64,000 bases of DNA from Heterodontus francisci (GCF_036365525.1 NC_090373.1:56201339-56265338); one strand, 5' to 3'. Counted from the first letter of the stretch, positions 21,681-33,654 are shown. A program made the numbers and translations. The notes: generated from the letters alone by a model not told the origin.

Positions 21681-22794
21681 CTTCGCAGTTGATTATTCCT
21701 TGCTCAATTATGGATGGATGACAAATAGTGGTCTGCAAGTGACACACATACTCATTCCCACTACTGCAAATTTAACAAAACTCAGTTATTGTGTGGCTCT
21801 AAAAATGAACAGCATCACATCTCCACATCTGTGGCCGATTCGCTACAAGTGGCGAGTGGCAAGTGTATTGGACAACACTGATATAGAAGACCATGGAATA
21901 AATGGCAATGTCATGGTCCGATGGAAAGGAATCCCAAAGCAGCGAACAAGCACAGAACAATTTTGTCCCATGAAGACTGTGAATGGCACCATTAAGACAA
22001 TGGCCATTCAGTTACAGGAGTCTCTCATTGGCAGTTTTGACAGACTGAGTGATATTTGGGAAAACTAGTATCATTGATACCCCATGGACTGTCCTTATAT
22101 AGATTATTGCAATGGCAGGAGAAGGGTCTAAGGAGGTGGCCTTCACTCGAGAAGTCAGTACAGGCTCCCACTCCAGTCAAAGGATTGAGGAATGGGCAAA
22201 TGCTGGCAGCCACTGTGTTGTGAAATGTGGCTTCAGCTGTTGCAGGTATACTGAATGACACAGCATGCACAGGTGCAAAGCTACAAGGCTTGGTAACATA
22301 CAGTAACCTCCCAACAAAGTTCTTCCTCCTACTTGGAGCACTTTGCCAGTCTTAAATTGAGGAATAGTAAAAACACACCACACGGGGCCAACATGGGAAA
22401 GCGCAAACATAAGGTGACCTTTTCAGTCATTTTTGCCTGGATACAGTGTGTTGGGTTGGATTTTGGCAAGATTCTAAAAGCTCTAAGAGGCAATATAGGT
22501 TGCATTGGAGGGAATGTGTGGCACATTCAGAGGAATGCCAGAATAATTCCTTTCATACCACAACCGCAGGCGAACAGTTGCAGGGAGTGTTTGTTTTAGG
22601 ACAAATGCACGCATCTATGATAGGCCAGTACCAAAGTTACAGAATCTGAGGATTCTCTACCCGGCTACAGAATGTCTCCAGAATGCCTGTTGTAGTTTAA
22701 TCATCGCGGCAACTGAAAGCTACAATGGAAAAGGCATGAATTGTCTACAAGTATGAGTCGAGGAGCTTCAGGAAGCTGATGAAATCGATTATTA

Positions 22795-22890
22795 TTTACA
22801 CTTTCGATTTCTGTTCTAATGAAATGAAACCTTGCCTGCACAATCAGTGGACGCCACGCACTCTCTTTACGTCATGGATTGTATAAATAC
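22795..22890 (+). promoter_or_regulatory. RSAD2 promoter: two ISRE-like sites, CRE-like site, TATA box
   Basis: ACTTTCGATTTC 22800-22811; GAAATGAAAC 22821-22830; TTACGTCA 22867-22874; TATAAA 22882-22887, 80 nt before the ATG. Confidence 0.8.
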
Positions 22891-22966
22891 TCCTAACCGG
22901 ACCAAAACATCAACAATCACAGAACCCCGAGTAAGAAACACTTAAGAAATCGCTCGTGGAAAAAAC

Positions 22967-23273
22967 ATGTATGTGGTGGTTATTTGTATTAAATTTCTGC
23001 TGCAGGCTTGCATCGCCAAGGTGAGCGAAATCTCAGGGTGGCTGATGAAGCTCATAGCCTTGGGGAAATTTGGGATCAGTGAGCGGAGGTGGGAAAGCGT
23101 GAAGAGGAGCGAGGCGAGGAGCAGGGAGCGGACTACCACTCCCACCAGCGTCAATTACCACTTTACCCGCCAGTGCAACTACAAGTGCGGCTTCTGTTTC
23201 CACACCGCGAAGACATCTTTTGTGTTGCCCCTGGAAGAAGCCAAAAGAGGGCTGAAGCTATTAAAGGAAGCCG
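22967..23273 (+). CDS. RSAD2: RSAD2/viperin exon 1, 307 nt
   Basis: Hydrophobic N-terminus, then [39 protein letters not shown] (radical SAM CxxxCxxC); G|gtaagc donor. Confidence 0.97.
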
Positions 23274-23739
23274 GTAAGCAGCAGTAGCGGAATCCGCTGC
23301 CAGCATTGCAATGCATAATAATGTGCAAATTGTTGCACAAGCAAAATTATAGGGGAATTAACGCTCTCCATGTATAATTAATAATAGCCCGTGAAACTTC
23401 TATATCTTTACATTACAACGTTATGACAACGAATGGGATCCATTATATCGTATCTAAAAATTATCGGGTATGAATGACAGTTGTTTAATTTAAAATTGCT
23501 CCTTTTAGTAAGAGATTTTTTTTAACATTTGCAACAGACACAAGTGTGTAGCAGGTACAGCTATGGGAAAAGTACATGTCACTGTACAGTAGCAATGTGT
23601 ATTGGGGAGGGAGAAAAAGATTGGAATAGAGTCGGGGCTTGTTTGGCCAAATAAACTGTCGGCTACAGCCAGCAATTAGTTACATTGTCGGGGTAATGAT
23701 ATAAAGTGCTTTAAGAAACAGAGTGCAGTGGGAGAAAGT

Positions 23740-23879
23740 GCAACTTTTTCTGCAGCACCTGTGGAAGAGTCTGTCACTCTAGCATTGGCCTTTATAGCCA
23801 CTCCAGGCGCTGCTCCACACACCACTGACCACCTCCAGGTGCTTACCCATTGTCTCTCGAGATAAGGAGGCCAAAGAAG
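23740..23879 (+). mobile_element. Short RTE 3' fragment flanked by a 75-bp direct duplication
   Basis: Matches the end of the 7380-7915 RTE; 23665-23739 repeated at 23880-23954 with 3 mismatches. Confidence 0.88.
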
Positions 23880-24527
23880 ACAGACAGCAATTAGTTTCAT
23901 TGTCGGGGTAATGATATAAAGTGCTTTAAGAAACAGAGTACAGTGGGAGAAAGTCATGCCCAAAATGTTTCGTGCTCCAGACAGACTATCACAAGTGTCA
24001 GCCTGGTTCAGGAAATCAGTCATGGTACTTGGCTCCGCACAGGAAGTCATGGGCGTGTCCGTTCGACATCCAACATCCATCTCTCAACCAGCTTTATTTT
24101 CCTGTGTTTTAGCACTGCGGAATTTACCCTGGAAGTATGCTGATAGCTATAGCTGTTCCCGTTCATTGGTGAACTGAAAATATTAGATTTCCATTATTTG
24201 TTTAATTACTGAACTGGAAGACTCACTTAAATGAACCTTTCCTAGAGTATTCCTCTAAAATACATGATGGTTGGCTACGGCAGTTAATAATGTGGTCACT
24301 GTTCACCCAACCTTATCACATTTCAGAGACAAATTTACTGATGTAATGTAATCATTGTTGTAATGTAATTAATCATGTACGCCATCTACTTTATTAATGA
24401 TCTGGAGTCTGGGTCCCCTTTTTCTAACAGCACTATGAGACAAAGGTTGGGCAGGATCATATTGATAGTGTTAACTGTTGATATCTCAAGATTCGATTCA
24501 AAGCATGTTTTTTTTTGCCTTGCCCAG

Positions 24528-24689
24528 GTATGGAGAAGATTAATTTTTCGGGAGGAGAACCTTTTCTGCACAATCGTGGGGAGTTTCTAGGGAAGCTGGT
24601 CCAGTACTGTAAACAGGAGCTGAAACTGCCCAGTGTCAGCGTTGTGAGCAATGGGAGTCGGATCACAGAGAAATGGTTTAAAAACTATG
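24528..24689 (+). CDS. RSAD2: RSAD2 exon 2, 162 nt
   Basis: cccag|GT ATG...TAT G|gtaatt; [54 protein letters not shown] (GGE motif). Confidence 0.97.
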
Positions 24690-24821
24690 GTAATTTGTTT
24701 TTTGCCTATATTCAGGTCTGGGATTAGGAGTGCAAGTGTGTATATATTATATTTGGATTACAGTTTACATTCTAACTAAATGCTGCTGAAAGCAATTACA
24801 ATTAAACAAATGTATGTAAAT

Positions 24822-25572
24822 ACGAACATATGAATTAGGAGCAGGAGTAGGTCACTCGGCCCCTCGAGCCTGCTCCGCCACTCAATATGTTCATGGCTGA
24901 ACTGCTTACTCCACATTACCACCTACCCCCGATAACCTTTCGCCCCCTTTCTCATCAAGAATCTATCTACATAAAATAAAAGCAAAATACTGCAGATGCT
25001 GGAAATCTGAAATACAAACAAGAAATGCTTGAAATACTCAGCAGGTCTGGCAGCATTTGTGGAGAGAGAAGCAGAGTTAATGTTTCAGGTCAGTGACCCT
25101 TCAACAGAACTGAATCTATCTACCTCTGCCTTAAACATATTCAAAGACTCTGCTTCCACCGCCTTTTGAGGAAGAGAGTTCCAAAGACTCACGACCCTCT
25201 GAGAGAAAAAATTTCTCCTCATCTCTGTCTTAAATGGGCGACCCCTTATTTTTGAACAGTGATCCCTGGTTCTAGATTCTCCCACAAGGGGAAACATCTT
25301 TTCCACATCCACCCTGTCAAGACCCCTCAGGATCTTATATGTTTCAATCAAGTCGCTTCTTACTCTTCTAAATTCCAGCGAATACAAGCCTAGCCTGTCC
25401 AATCTTTCCTCATAAATTCCAGTTATCAGTCTACTAAACCTTCTCCGAACTGCTTCCAATGCATTTACATCATTCCTTAAATAAGGAGACCAATATTGTG
25501 CACAGTACCCATATTTGGTCTCACCAATGTCCTGTATAGCTGAAGCATAACCTCCCTACTTTTGTATTCAAT
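24822..25572 (-). mobile_element. CR1 LINE 3' fragment interrupted by a Penelope-derived repeat
   Basis: YEERLDRLGLYSLEFRRVRSDLIETYKILRG...FFSQRVVSLWNSLP. Confidence 0.85.
24971..25111 (-). mobile_element. Short Penelope-derived repeat, 12-bp TSD, mutated hammerhead at its 5' end
   Basis: GAATCTATCTAC at 24959-24970 and 25112-25123; minus strand begins AGTT CTGTTGA AGGGTCACTGACCT GAAACATT AACT. Confidence 0.85.
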
Positions 25573-26265
25573 TATGTAAGGATAAAGTACGTTCCTTACG
25601 ACACATTTGATAACTATACTGTTTGATGTGGAATTAAGCCACATAGACCAAGAAGCTGGTCTCAACACTCTGATGTCTAGTTTCATGGGGGAGCTAACAG
25701 GATAGCTGGCACCTGTAGAACCAAAACCGAACAAGATGCCAGTCCCTTCAATACTAGCCCTCCAGAGAAAACTGGTTGGGGCGGAATATTTGTTAAGTGT
25801 ATGTTAACAATTCTAAGGGCAGAATATCTTTCCTGCATCCATTTATTCAACATGTTGAACTCATGAAAACTGGAGCTGACTATAAGAATGAACTCCTGAG
25901 TTACATAATACTACATATACTCATCATCCCATTAAAAAAAGTTCATTAATATCACACCAAGTGCTCTAATGTATTGTACCGTGGACATTGGACAATCTAT
26001 CTCAATAATTCCCCACAAAGGGGCTCCCAGTTTTACTGGGGTAAGTGGAGAGGTGTCAAACATAGATGAGGCACCTTGTCTGAGAGAAGTGACTTCTGCA
26101 ACCAGCTTGGTTACAGAGCAGAATTTGTAGGGGTGAGGACTGCCTTTTTGTAACATGATATTAGGTAGTTTTCTAAGCTTTAATGCGGAAAGCAGAATTG
26201 ACAACTGTTATCCAGTTTTAAAAATTGTATTGCTCAAAGCTTAATATCAAACATTCATGTTACAG

Positions 26266-26495
26266 GTAAGGATTTGGACATTCTGGCTGTTTCATGTGAC
26301 AGTTTTGAAGAAGACACCAATCGTCTGATAGGCCGTGGGCAAGGGAACAAAAATCACATTGAGAACCTCCTCAAGGTCAGACTGTGGTGCAAAGATTACA
26401 AAGTGGCTTTTAAAATCAACTCTGTCATCAACAGATACAATGTTGAGGAGGATATGAATGAACAAATCAGGATATTGAATCCAGTAAGATGGAAG
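26266..26495 (+). CDS. RSAD2: RSAD2 exon 3, 230 nt
   Basis: ttacag|GT AAG GAT...TGG AAG|gtaatt; [27 protein letters not shown]...[11 protein letters not shown]...LNPVRWK. Confidence 0.97.
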
Positions 26496-26653
26496 GTAAT
26501 TTAATTAATTCACATATCTTGATATTGTAAGTTACAAGCCATGAAATATAAGAACATGGGGCATTGGGGATAGAATTCCATTGTAACTGTGGTGGGGAGA
26601 ATTGCTATTTTGGGTAGCACCAAAATCCTGAGCCAGTGAGGGAAGGCTGTGCT

Positions 26654-26755
26654 ATAAAAACAGAAAGTGCTGGAAATACTCAGCAGGTTGGGCAGTATCT
26701 GTGGAGAGAGAAACAGAGTTAAAGTTTCAGGTCGATGACCTTTCATCCGAACTCT
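26654..26755 (-). mobile_element. Short Penelope-derived repeat with hammerhead motif (core mutated to CGGATGA)
   Basis: Minus strand: AGAGTT CGGATGA AAGGTCATCGACCT GAAACTTT AACTCT. Confidence 0.75.
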
Positions 26756-26984
26756 ACTGCTTACCAGAATATGTGGAAAAAAACAGTTTGAGCACATGTC
26801 TGAGAGCATTCCTCAGCTTCCTTCGAATTGCTCATTCGGAGACCTGGTGCAGACACAATGGGCAGAATGGCCTCCTTCTGCGTTGTTACAATTCTGTGAT
26901 TGCGAATCCACCTTGCTTAATCTGATGAATTCAGTGGAAGCTACACCAGCTGAGAGCAACTGAGGATCTTACTGTTGCCATGAG

Positions 26985-28395
26985 AACAACAACAGCAACT
27001 TTTATTTATACAGTGCCTTTAATGTAATAAATGTCCCAAGGCACTTTACAGGAGCATTATAAAACAAAGTATGACACCAAGCCACAAATAAAGATATTAG
27101 ATCAGATGACCAAAAGCTTGGTCAAAGGTGCAGAGGTGGAGATGTGTAGGGTTTCCAGAGCTTGGGGCCGAGGCAACTGAAGGCGTTGCCACCAATGGTG
27201 GAACAATTAAAATCAGGAAAGCTCAAGAGACCAGAATTAGAGGAGCACAGATATCTTGGAAGGTTGTGGGGCTGGCGGAGGTTACCGAGATAGGGAGGGG
27301 CAAAGCCATGGAGGGATTTGAAAACAAGTATGAGAATTTTAAAATCAAGATGTTGCTTGACTCGGAGCCAATGTAGGTCAGCGAGCAAGGGGTGATAGGG
27401 GAACAGGACTTGGTGTGAGTTAAGACACGGGCAGCAGAGTTTTGGAAGACCTCAAATTTACGGAAAGTAGAATGTGGGAGACCAGCCAGCAGTGCGTTGG
27501 AAATAGTAAAATCTAGAAGTAACGAAGATATGAATGAGAGTTTCAGCAGCAGATGGGCTGAGACAGGGGCGACGCCGGGTGATGTTGTTGAAATGGAAAT
27601 AGGCGGTCATAGTGATGGCATGAATATGAGGTCGGAAGCTGATCTCAGGGTCAAATGTGACATCGAGGTTGCAAACAGACTGGCTTAATCCCAGACAATT
27701 GTCAGGGAGAGGGATGAAGTTGGTAGCTAGGGAATGGAGTTTGGAGCAGGGACCGAAAACAATGGCTTCAGTCTTCCCAATATTTAATTGGTGGCAATTT
27801 CCATTCATCCAGTACTGGATGTCAGATAAGCAGTCTGATAATTTAGCAACAGTGGAGGAGTCGAGAGAAGTGGTGATAAAGTTGAGTGTCGTCAGCATAT
27901 ATGTGAAACTGATGCCTTTGGATGATGGCATCAAGGGGCAGCATCTAGATATGAATTATGAGGGGGCCAAGGATAGATCCTCAGGGGACACCAGAGGTAA
28001 CAATGTGGGAGCAGGAAGAGAAGTCATTGTAAGTGATTCTCTGGATATAATTAGATAGATAAGAACATTCCCACCCAGCTGGATGATGGTTGAGAGGCGT
28101 TAGAAGTGGAGAGGTGTGATCAACCATGTCAAAGGCTGCAGACATGTTGAGAAGGATGAGGAGGGAAAGTTTACCTTTGTCATAGTCGCATGGGATGTAA
28201 TTTGTGACTTTGTAAGAGCTGATTCGGTACTGTGACAAGGGTGGAAACCTGATCGAAGGGATTCAAACATGGTGTTCCGGGAAAGTGGGAACAGAATTGG
28301 GAGGTGACAACACGTTCAAGGACTTTGAAGAGGAAAGGGAGGTTGGAGATGGGACGGTAGTTTGCAAGGACAGTGGGATCAAGGGTTTTTTTGTG
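26985..28395 (-). mobile_element. L2-clade LINE fragment
   Basis: LLNMSAAFDMVDH, LSDCLSDIQYWM..QLNIGKTEAIVF, LADLHWLRVKQHLDFKIL; CAA-repeat tail. Confidence 0.88.
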
Positions 28396-29057
28396 GAGAG
28401 TTTATTGGTTCAGGAAGAAATGTGACAATTGGGAAGACCTGTTAAAAAATGGGTCTTCTTGGCTTCCGGTTTTGGTTACAACTGACTGCACAAAAACAGT
28501 ATGAAAGCATGCTTCATGTCTTGGCTGTAGTCTAGAATTAATTTTCAAACCTAGGTAACATATCTTTAATATGGTAATGTGTTTAGGTTACCATTAGAGA
28601 ATGGTGGAGAGCTATTTAGAATTGTAGTAAAGCTAATTCTGTAGTATTCAATGCATTGTCTTTGTTGTGTGTTTGAATATTGATGGCTTCATGAGAGCCA
28701 CGTGCTTTGAATCTCAATGTTCAATTTGAGTTGTGCTCTGCTTATTTAGTGGTGATCATTACTGAAGTCTATTTTTGACATATACCTCTTCTAGCAGAAT
28801 ATGTATATGCTTTAAAAATAAAGAAGTCCACTAAAGGGGCAGGGAAAGCAAAGTTTCATTTGGAATATCATATTGTGTTTAGATGTGAATGTGTTCATAC
28901 ATAGATTTTGAATTGAAATTGCAACGAGTGAGTTACATCAGAAAGTTCTACTTTCAGCTGTGGTGATAGTCGAACCATCAGGTGCTGACGGGTGTGTAGC
29001 CTGAATGATAATGCGGGATTTTGCTGGTGATATTGTAATTGATGGTTCATCGGGTTC

Positions 29058-29420
29058 TTAGATTAGATTAGATTAGATTAGAGATACAGCACTGAAACAG
29101 GCCCTTCGGCCCACCGAGTCTGTGCCGAACATCAACCACCCATTTATACTAATCCTACACTAGTCCCATATTACTACCAAACACCCCCACCTGTTCCTAT
29201 ATTTCCCTACCACCTACCTATACTAGTGACAATTTATAATGGCCAATTTACCTATCAACCTGCAAGTCTTTTGGCTTGTGGGAGGAAACCGGAGCACCCG
29301 GAGAAAACCCACGCAGACACAGGGAGAACTTGCAAACTCCACACAGGCAGTACCCGGAATCGAACCCGGGTCCTTGGAGCTGCGAGGCTGCGGTGCTAAC
29401 CACTGCGCCACTGTGCCGCC
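29058..29420 (-). mobile_element. tRNA-derived V-SINE (HE1-like), full length
   Basis: Minus strand: GGCGGCACAGTGGCGCAGTGG (A box), GGTTCGATTCC (B box), V-domain; (TAGAT)n tail as read on the plus strand. Confidence 0.9.
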
Positions 29421-29777
29421 CATCTTCTTTTGGATCTGTGACCTGCGTTTAAATCCTGCTGAAAATGATCGAATGAATGAATATGCCCTTTCCCTGTGGT
29501 TGTAAGAATGAAAGTGTATGAAATTTGTTTTTACCAGCTTCGATCTGTTGGGTTCAAATGCACAACAAAATACTGCTCATAACTTCGCACTAAGTAGCAA
29601 TAATTAGGCAGCTTTATTTAGATAGGCCACAGGAACAGCTGGCATAAGAAAAACAGACAAAATACACTATATAATCTCTGAGGTTACTGGAGAACACATT
29701 CTGGATGCATCACATGAGTAGGTATGTTTGAGATAATGAGTTGTGTATAATGAATATATTTATTTTATTCGCTGCAG

Positions 29778-29927
29778 GTATTCCAGTGCTTGTTGATTGA
29801 AGGGGAGAATGCTGGAGAAGAAGCTCTCAGACATGCAGAAACATTTATTGTCAGCAGCAAAGACTTTCAGAGATTTTTGGATCAGCATAAAGAGATCAAG
29901 TGCCTCGTGCCTGAATCTAATGAGAAG
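29778..29927 (+). CDS. RSAD2: RSAD2 exon 4, 150 nt
   Basis: ctgcag|GTA TTC CAG...GAG AAG|gtaaga; [23 protein letters not shown]...LVPESNEK. Confidence 0.97.
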
Positions 29928-30249
29928 GTAAGATATGTGGGAATAGAATCAGAACTGGTAGTACCACTTGATTAGTGACATTAGATGAGGGAAGCTTAAT
30001 GGGCTTCCCTTTTACAGTTATGACCACCAGCAGTCAGCTTCCACCCTCTTTAAAAGTGATTCATTTGAGCACATCTTCTATCACAGTGTTAGTTTTGTTC
30101 TTTGCTAAAGGCAGCTAGCAGTGGACCTGATGCTCAATATGACAGCTGCAGTCACATCTGGGACTCTGAGTCCATCATTATGAGAACAATAAAAATGCAT
30201 CTCTAAGTCTGAAGAGATGATTGTATACTTTTGTGATTTCAAATGAAAA

Positions 30250-30930
30250 AAACTTGTATTTATATATCGCCTTTAACATAATAAAACATCCCAAGGCGTT
30301 TCACAGAGACATTAGAAAACAAAATATGACACTGAGCCACAGAAGGAGATATTAGAGCAGATGACCCAAAGCTTGGTCAAAGAGTTTTAAGGAGTGTCTT
30401 AAGAAGAGGAAAGTGAAGTAGAGAGGCGGAGAGGTTTAGGGAGAGAATTCCAGAGCTTAAGGCCTCGGCAGCTGAAGGCACAGCCACCAATGTTGGTGCA
30501 ATTAAATCGGGAATTAGAGGAGCCCAGATATCTTGAGAGTTATAGGGCTGGAGGAGATTACGGAGACAGGGAGGGGCCAGGCCATGGAAAAAGTTGAAAA
30601 CGAGGAGAGTTTTAAAATTGTGGTGTTGTTTAACCAGGAGACAATGTAGGTCAGTGAATACATGGGTGATAGGTGAATGACATTTGGTGAGAGTTAGGAC
30701 ACGGGCAGCAGAGTTTTCAATGACCTCAAGTTTACGGAGGGTAGAATGTGGGATGCCAGCTGTGAGTACGTTGGAATAGACAAGTCTGAAGGTAACAAAG
30801 GCATAGATAAAAGTTTCAGAAGCAGAAGAGCTAAGGTAGGGGCAGAGATGGGCAATGTTACTGAGGTGGAATAGGCGATCCTAGTGATGGTGCAGATATA
30901 TGGTTGAAAGCTCATTTCTGGGTCAAAAAA
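30250..30930 (-). mobile_element. L2-clade LINE 3' fragment
   Basis: Closely parallels 27000-27660 (CCCAAGGC..TCACAG, AGCTTGGTCAAAG, GACACGGGCAGCAGAGTTTT). Confidence 0.8.
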
Positions 30931-31326
30931 GATGAAAGTTGATCGCTCCGATGATTCCTGCCTGGAGTGACAAAGATTGATCTGAAAATGGAGGCACAGC
31001 CATAGCACATCCATATACCTAGATTGCAATAAGTACTGTTGCTGGAGTGCATGCTTCTGCAAAATCTAAGAATTGTTGTAAGTCCTTGTCCCATTTTATG
31101 TTGTGACCTATTGTTGGCCTTTACAGCTGTCAGCCGGTCCACATTGAGGATATTAATATTATACTTGAACATTTTCCTGGCTTTCTTCTTATGTTTTATG
31201 TCTTTGTGTTGTTTTCATTGGTGTGTTTTGTACACATTCCTGTCGAATTGATTTTAAGAAATTGGCATTTCTGTTGAACAATTAACATAGCCATGGTCCC
31301 AATTCATGTTTGTGTTCTCTCCACAG

Positions 31327-31359
31327 ATGCGGGATTCCTACCTCATCCTTGATGAATAT
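31327..31359 (+). CDS. RSAD2: RSAD2 exon 5, 33-nt micro-exon
   Basis: ctctccacag|ATG CGG GAT TCC TAC CTC ATC CTT GAT GAA TAT|gtaagt = MRDSYLILDEY. Confidence 0.96.
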
Positions 31360-32897
31360 GTAAGTACTGTATTATTACACCAGACGGAATACAATGCTCC
31401 ACTGTCAAGTCCCCACTGTTACTGCCTGTATAATAAAAGTGCATATAGAATGTGCTCCTGCACATTCATTTCTATTAAAAAAATTATTATAACAGGACAC
31501 TGTATGAGAACAATTCATTTATAGAGGGTGTTGGAAGCAAATTCAAAGTAACCTTCAGAAGGGAATTAGATATATACTTCAAATTTGAAGACTATGTGGA
31601 AAGTGCAGGGAATGGGACTAACTGGATAGCTGTTTTCAAGAGCCAACATAGACATATTGAGCTGAATGACCTCTGTCATATATGATTCTATACAATTATA
31701 TTTTATGCAATTGCAGAGAGAGTGTGAGGACTATAGTTGATTCCACATGTAACAATGTTGTGCTAACATCCATTTTTATTAATACTGTACACTACTCAGT
31801 CCAGTACGGCAAGATATTTAAAAACAATTTACAATGATTTCTAGATCTGAGAAATGTGGGTGAGTGAAAGTACGAGAGGACATGATTACATTATTAAAAG
31901 GAGAATGATAGGTGCTTGTGTGAATGGCTTCCAAAACTATATCCGTCATTATACATACGACAGGCCTAATACAAATATTTGCAAATATTCAAATTCTGTT
32001 TTCATTGGAAACATACCAAACCTTTTGACACAGCAGAGATAATCTGAAGGTCAAGACTGCACAGAAAATTGTAAAGTTTATTTTGTCTTCTGAAGTCATA
32101 TTTTAAAAATTGAAATAGATGACAGGAACTGTTACACTGATATTTATTTATTATACGAAAGGCATGTAAATATAATAGGTGTAGTTCTAGGCTTCTTTGG
32201 ATACATTTTTGTTGTCACACTGCGATGAAGTAACACTGTTATGATCCTGTGCAGATGACATCACAATGAAGCTCAATTGTTTCTCATGTGTACCAGTTTC
32301 CAGATATTGAAAATAAAAGACTCAAAATTGCAAGAATATACAAGAGTCTTCTTGTTCAGAGCTTGACTGTCCAAGTTTACTGAAAACTCCCCAAACATAC
32401 AAATAAACCTTTAAATTTGTTCAAATTCTCAGAATATAATGAATCCACTGAGCACTGGCAAATAAAGTGCGCACACAAACACACATGAATTATCAAATTG
32501 GTGCACCTTAAAATCTGACTTTAACTTTCAAATAATTTATGAAAAGTATCAAGTTCACAGTTTTTACTTGTTGCAGAAACAAGAACAGTGGCACACTGGA
32601 AATTACTTAAACAGTGGAGTAAAACAGGCAATGTCGAAAAACACACCTGTTTTACGACCTGCCCAATTATTCTTTCCATTGAAGTCAATGTATAAAGGGA
32701 GGCTGATTCAATGTTGCCCATTTTACATCATGACTGAAGTTGAAAGTTCAAACCATTATCACCTCTGGAATAAATAGAGGATACAACTCAGAGGTGATCC
32801 AATCAATGGATCTGACAGATGATACATACTAATATAGTTTATGTAAGAATTTTATACTTCCATATTTTTATCTTTCCTCTTTCTTAATATTTTTCAG

Positions 32898-33062
32898 ATG
32901 CGTTTCCTAGATTGCACCCAAGGCAGGAAAGATCCATCCAAATCTATCTTGGATGTAGGCGTTGACAATGCTATTAAATTTAGTGGATTTGATGAGAGGA
33001 TGTTTTTAAAACGTGGTGGTAAATATATATGGAGCAAAGCAGATATGCATTTGGAATGGTAA
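32898..33062 (+). CDS. RSAD2: RSAD2 exon 6 coding part, 165 nt incl. TAA
   Basis: ttttcag|ATG; [54 protein letters not shown] with the conserved terminal Trp; total CDS 1047 nt = 348 aa. Confidence 0.97.
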   Translation: MRFLDCTQGRKDPSKSILDVGVDNAIKFSGFDERMFLKRGGKYIWSKADMHLEW

Positions 33063-33654
33063 TTGTAGACTGCTGCTCTACATTCATGCTTGTTATGAAC
33101 AGTGTTCATTGCTATTCTTCTGACTTATGCATTCAATAAGTGACTCTGATCCTTTTCTGAGTATCATTGTCCGCAACTGGCAACATTCTGATTTCTTTTT
33201 ACGATTAAATATTTCAGTATTTTGGGCTATTTTAATTGTCCAAAAGAATATGGCACTCAATGCTGTATCCTTTCAACTACACCAGAGTTACACACAGCAA
33301 TATGGGACGCATGTAAAATCAATGCACTCGTTTGCAGTGAAGTGTGGCATTTACAACAATGGAGCAAAACATGATTACAAAAGATTTTCTTTATATGTTT
33401 TGCAATCTTTTCTGAAATGCCTTTATACTGATAAGATTTTTACTGCCTGGATTGTAATGTATTGAAAACCTGTTTGAGCTAAAGTTTAGGAGAAAGATCT
33501 GATGTGTATCGCCCACCCAGGAAAAAAAACATTGTTGTCATGCAGGATACTGTCTATTACCACATCTGAAAAGAATAGTCAATTGTGATAAGGCCTAATA
33601 GATTTTGTGAGATTGGCTGTATTTTTGAATGGTTTATATTTTATTACATTTCAA

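Noticed and set aside
26266-26276. GKDLD in place of the usual GEYLD in viperin exon 3
   Set aside because: Not in a catalytic motif I can identify; may be ordinary divergence and needs an alignment to judge
29330-29420. tRNA genes (also 15702, 45440, 50460-50543)
   Set aside because: A/B boxes are present but run directly into SINE/LINE bodies with no complete cloverleaf
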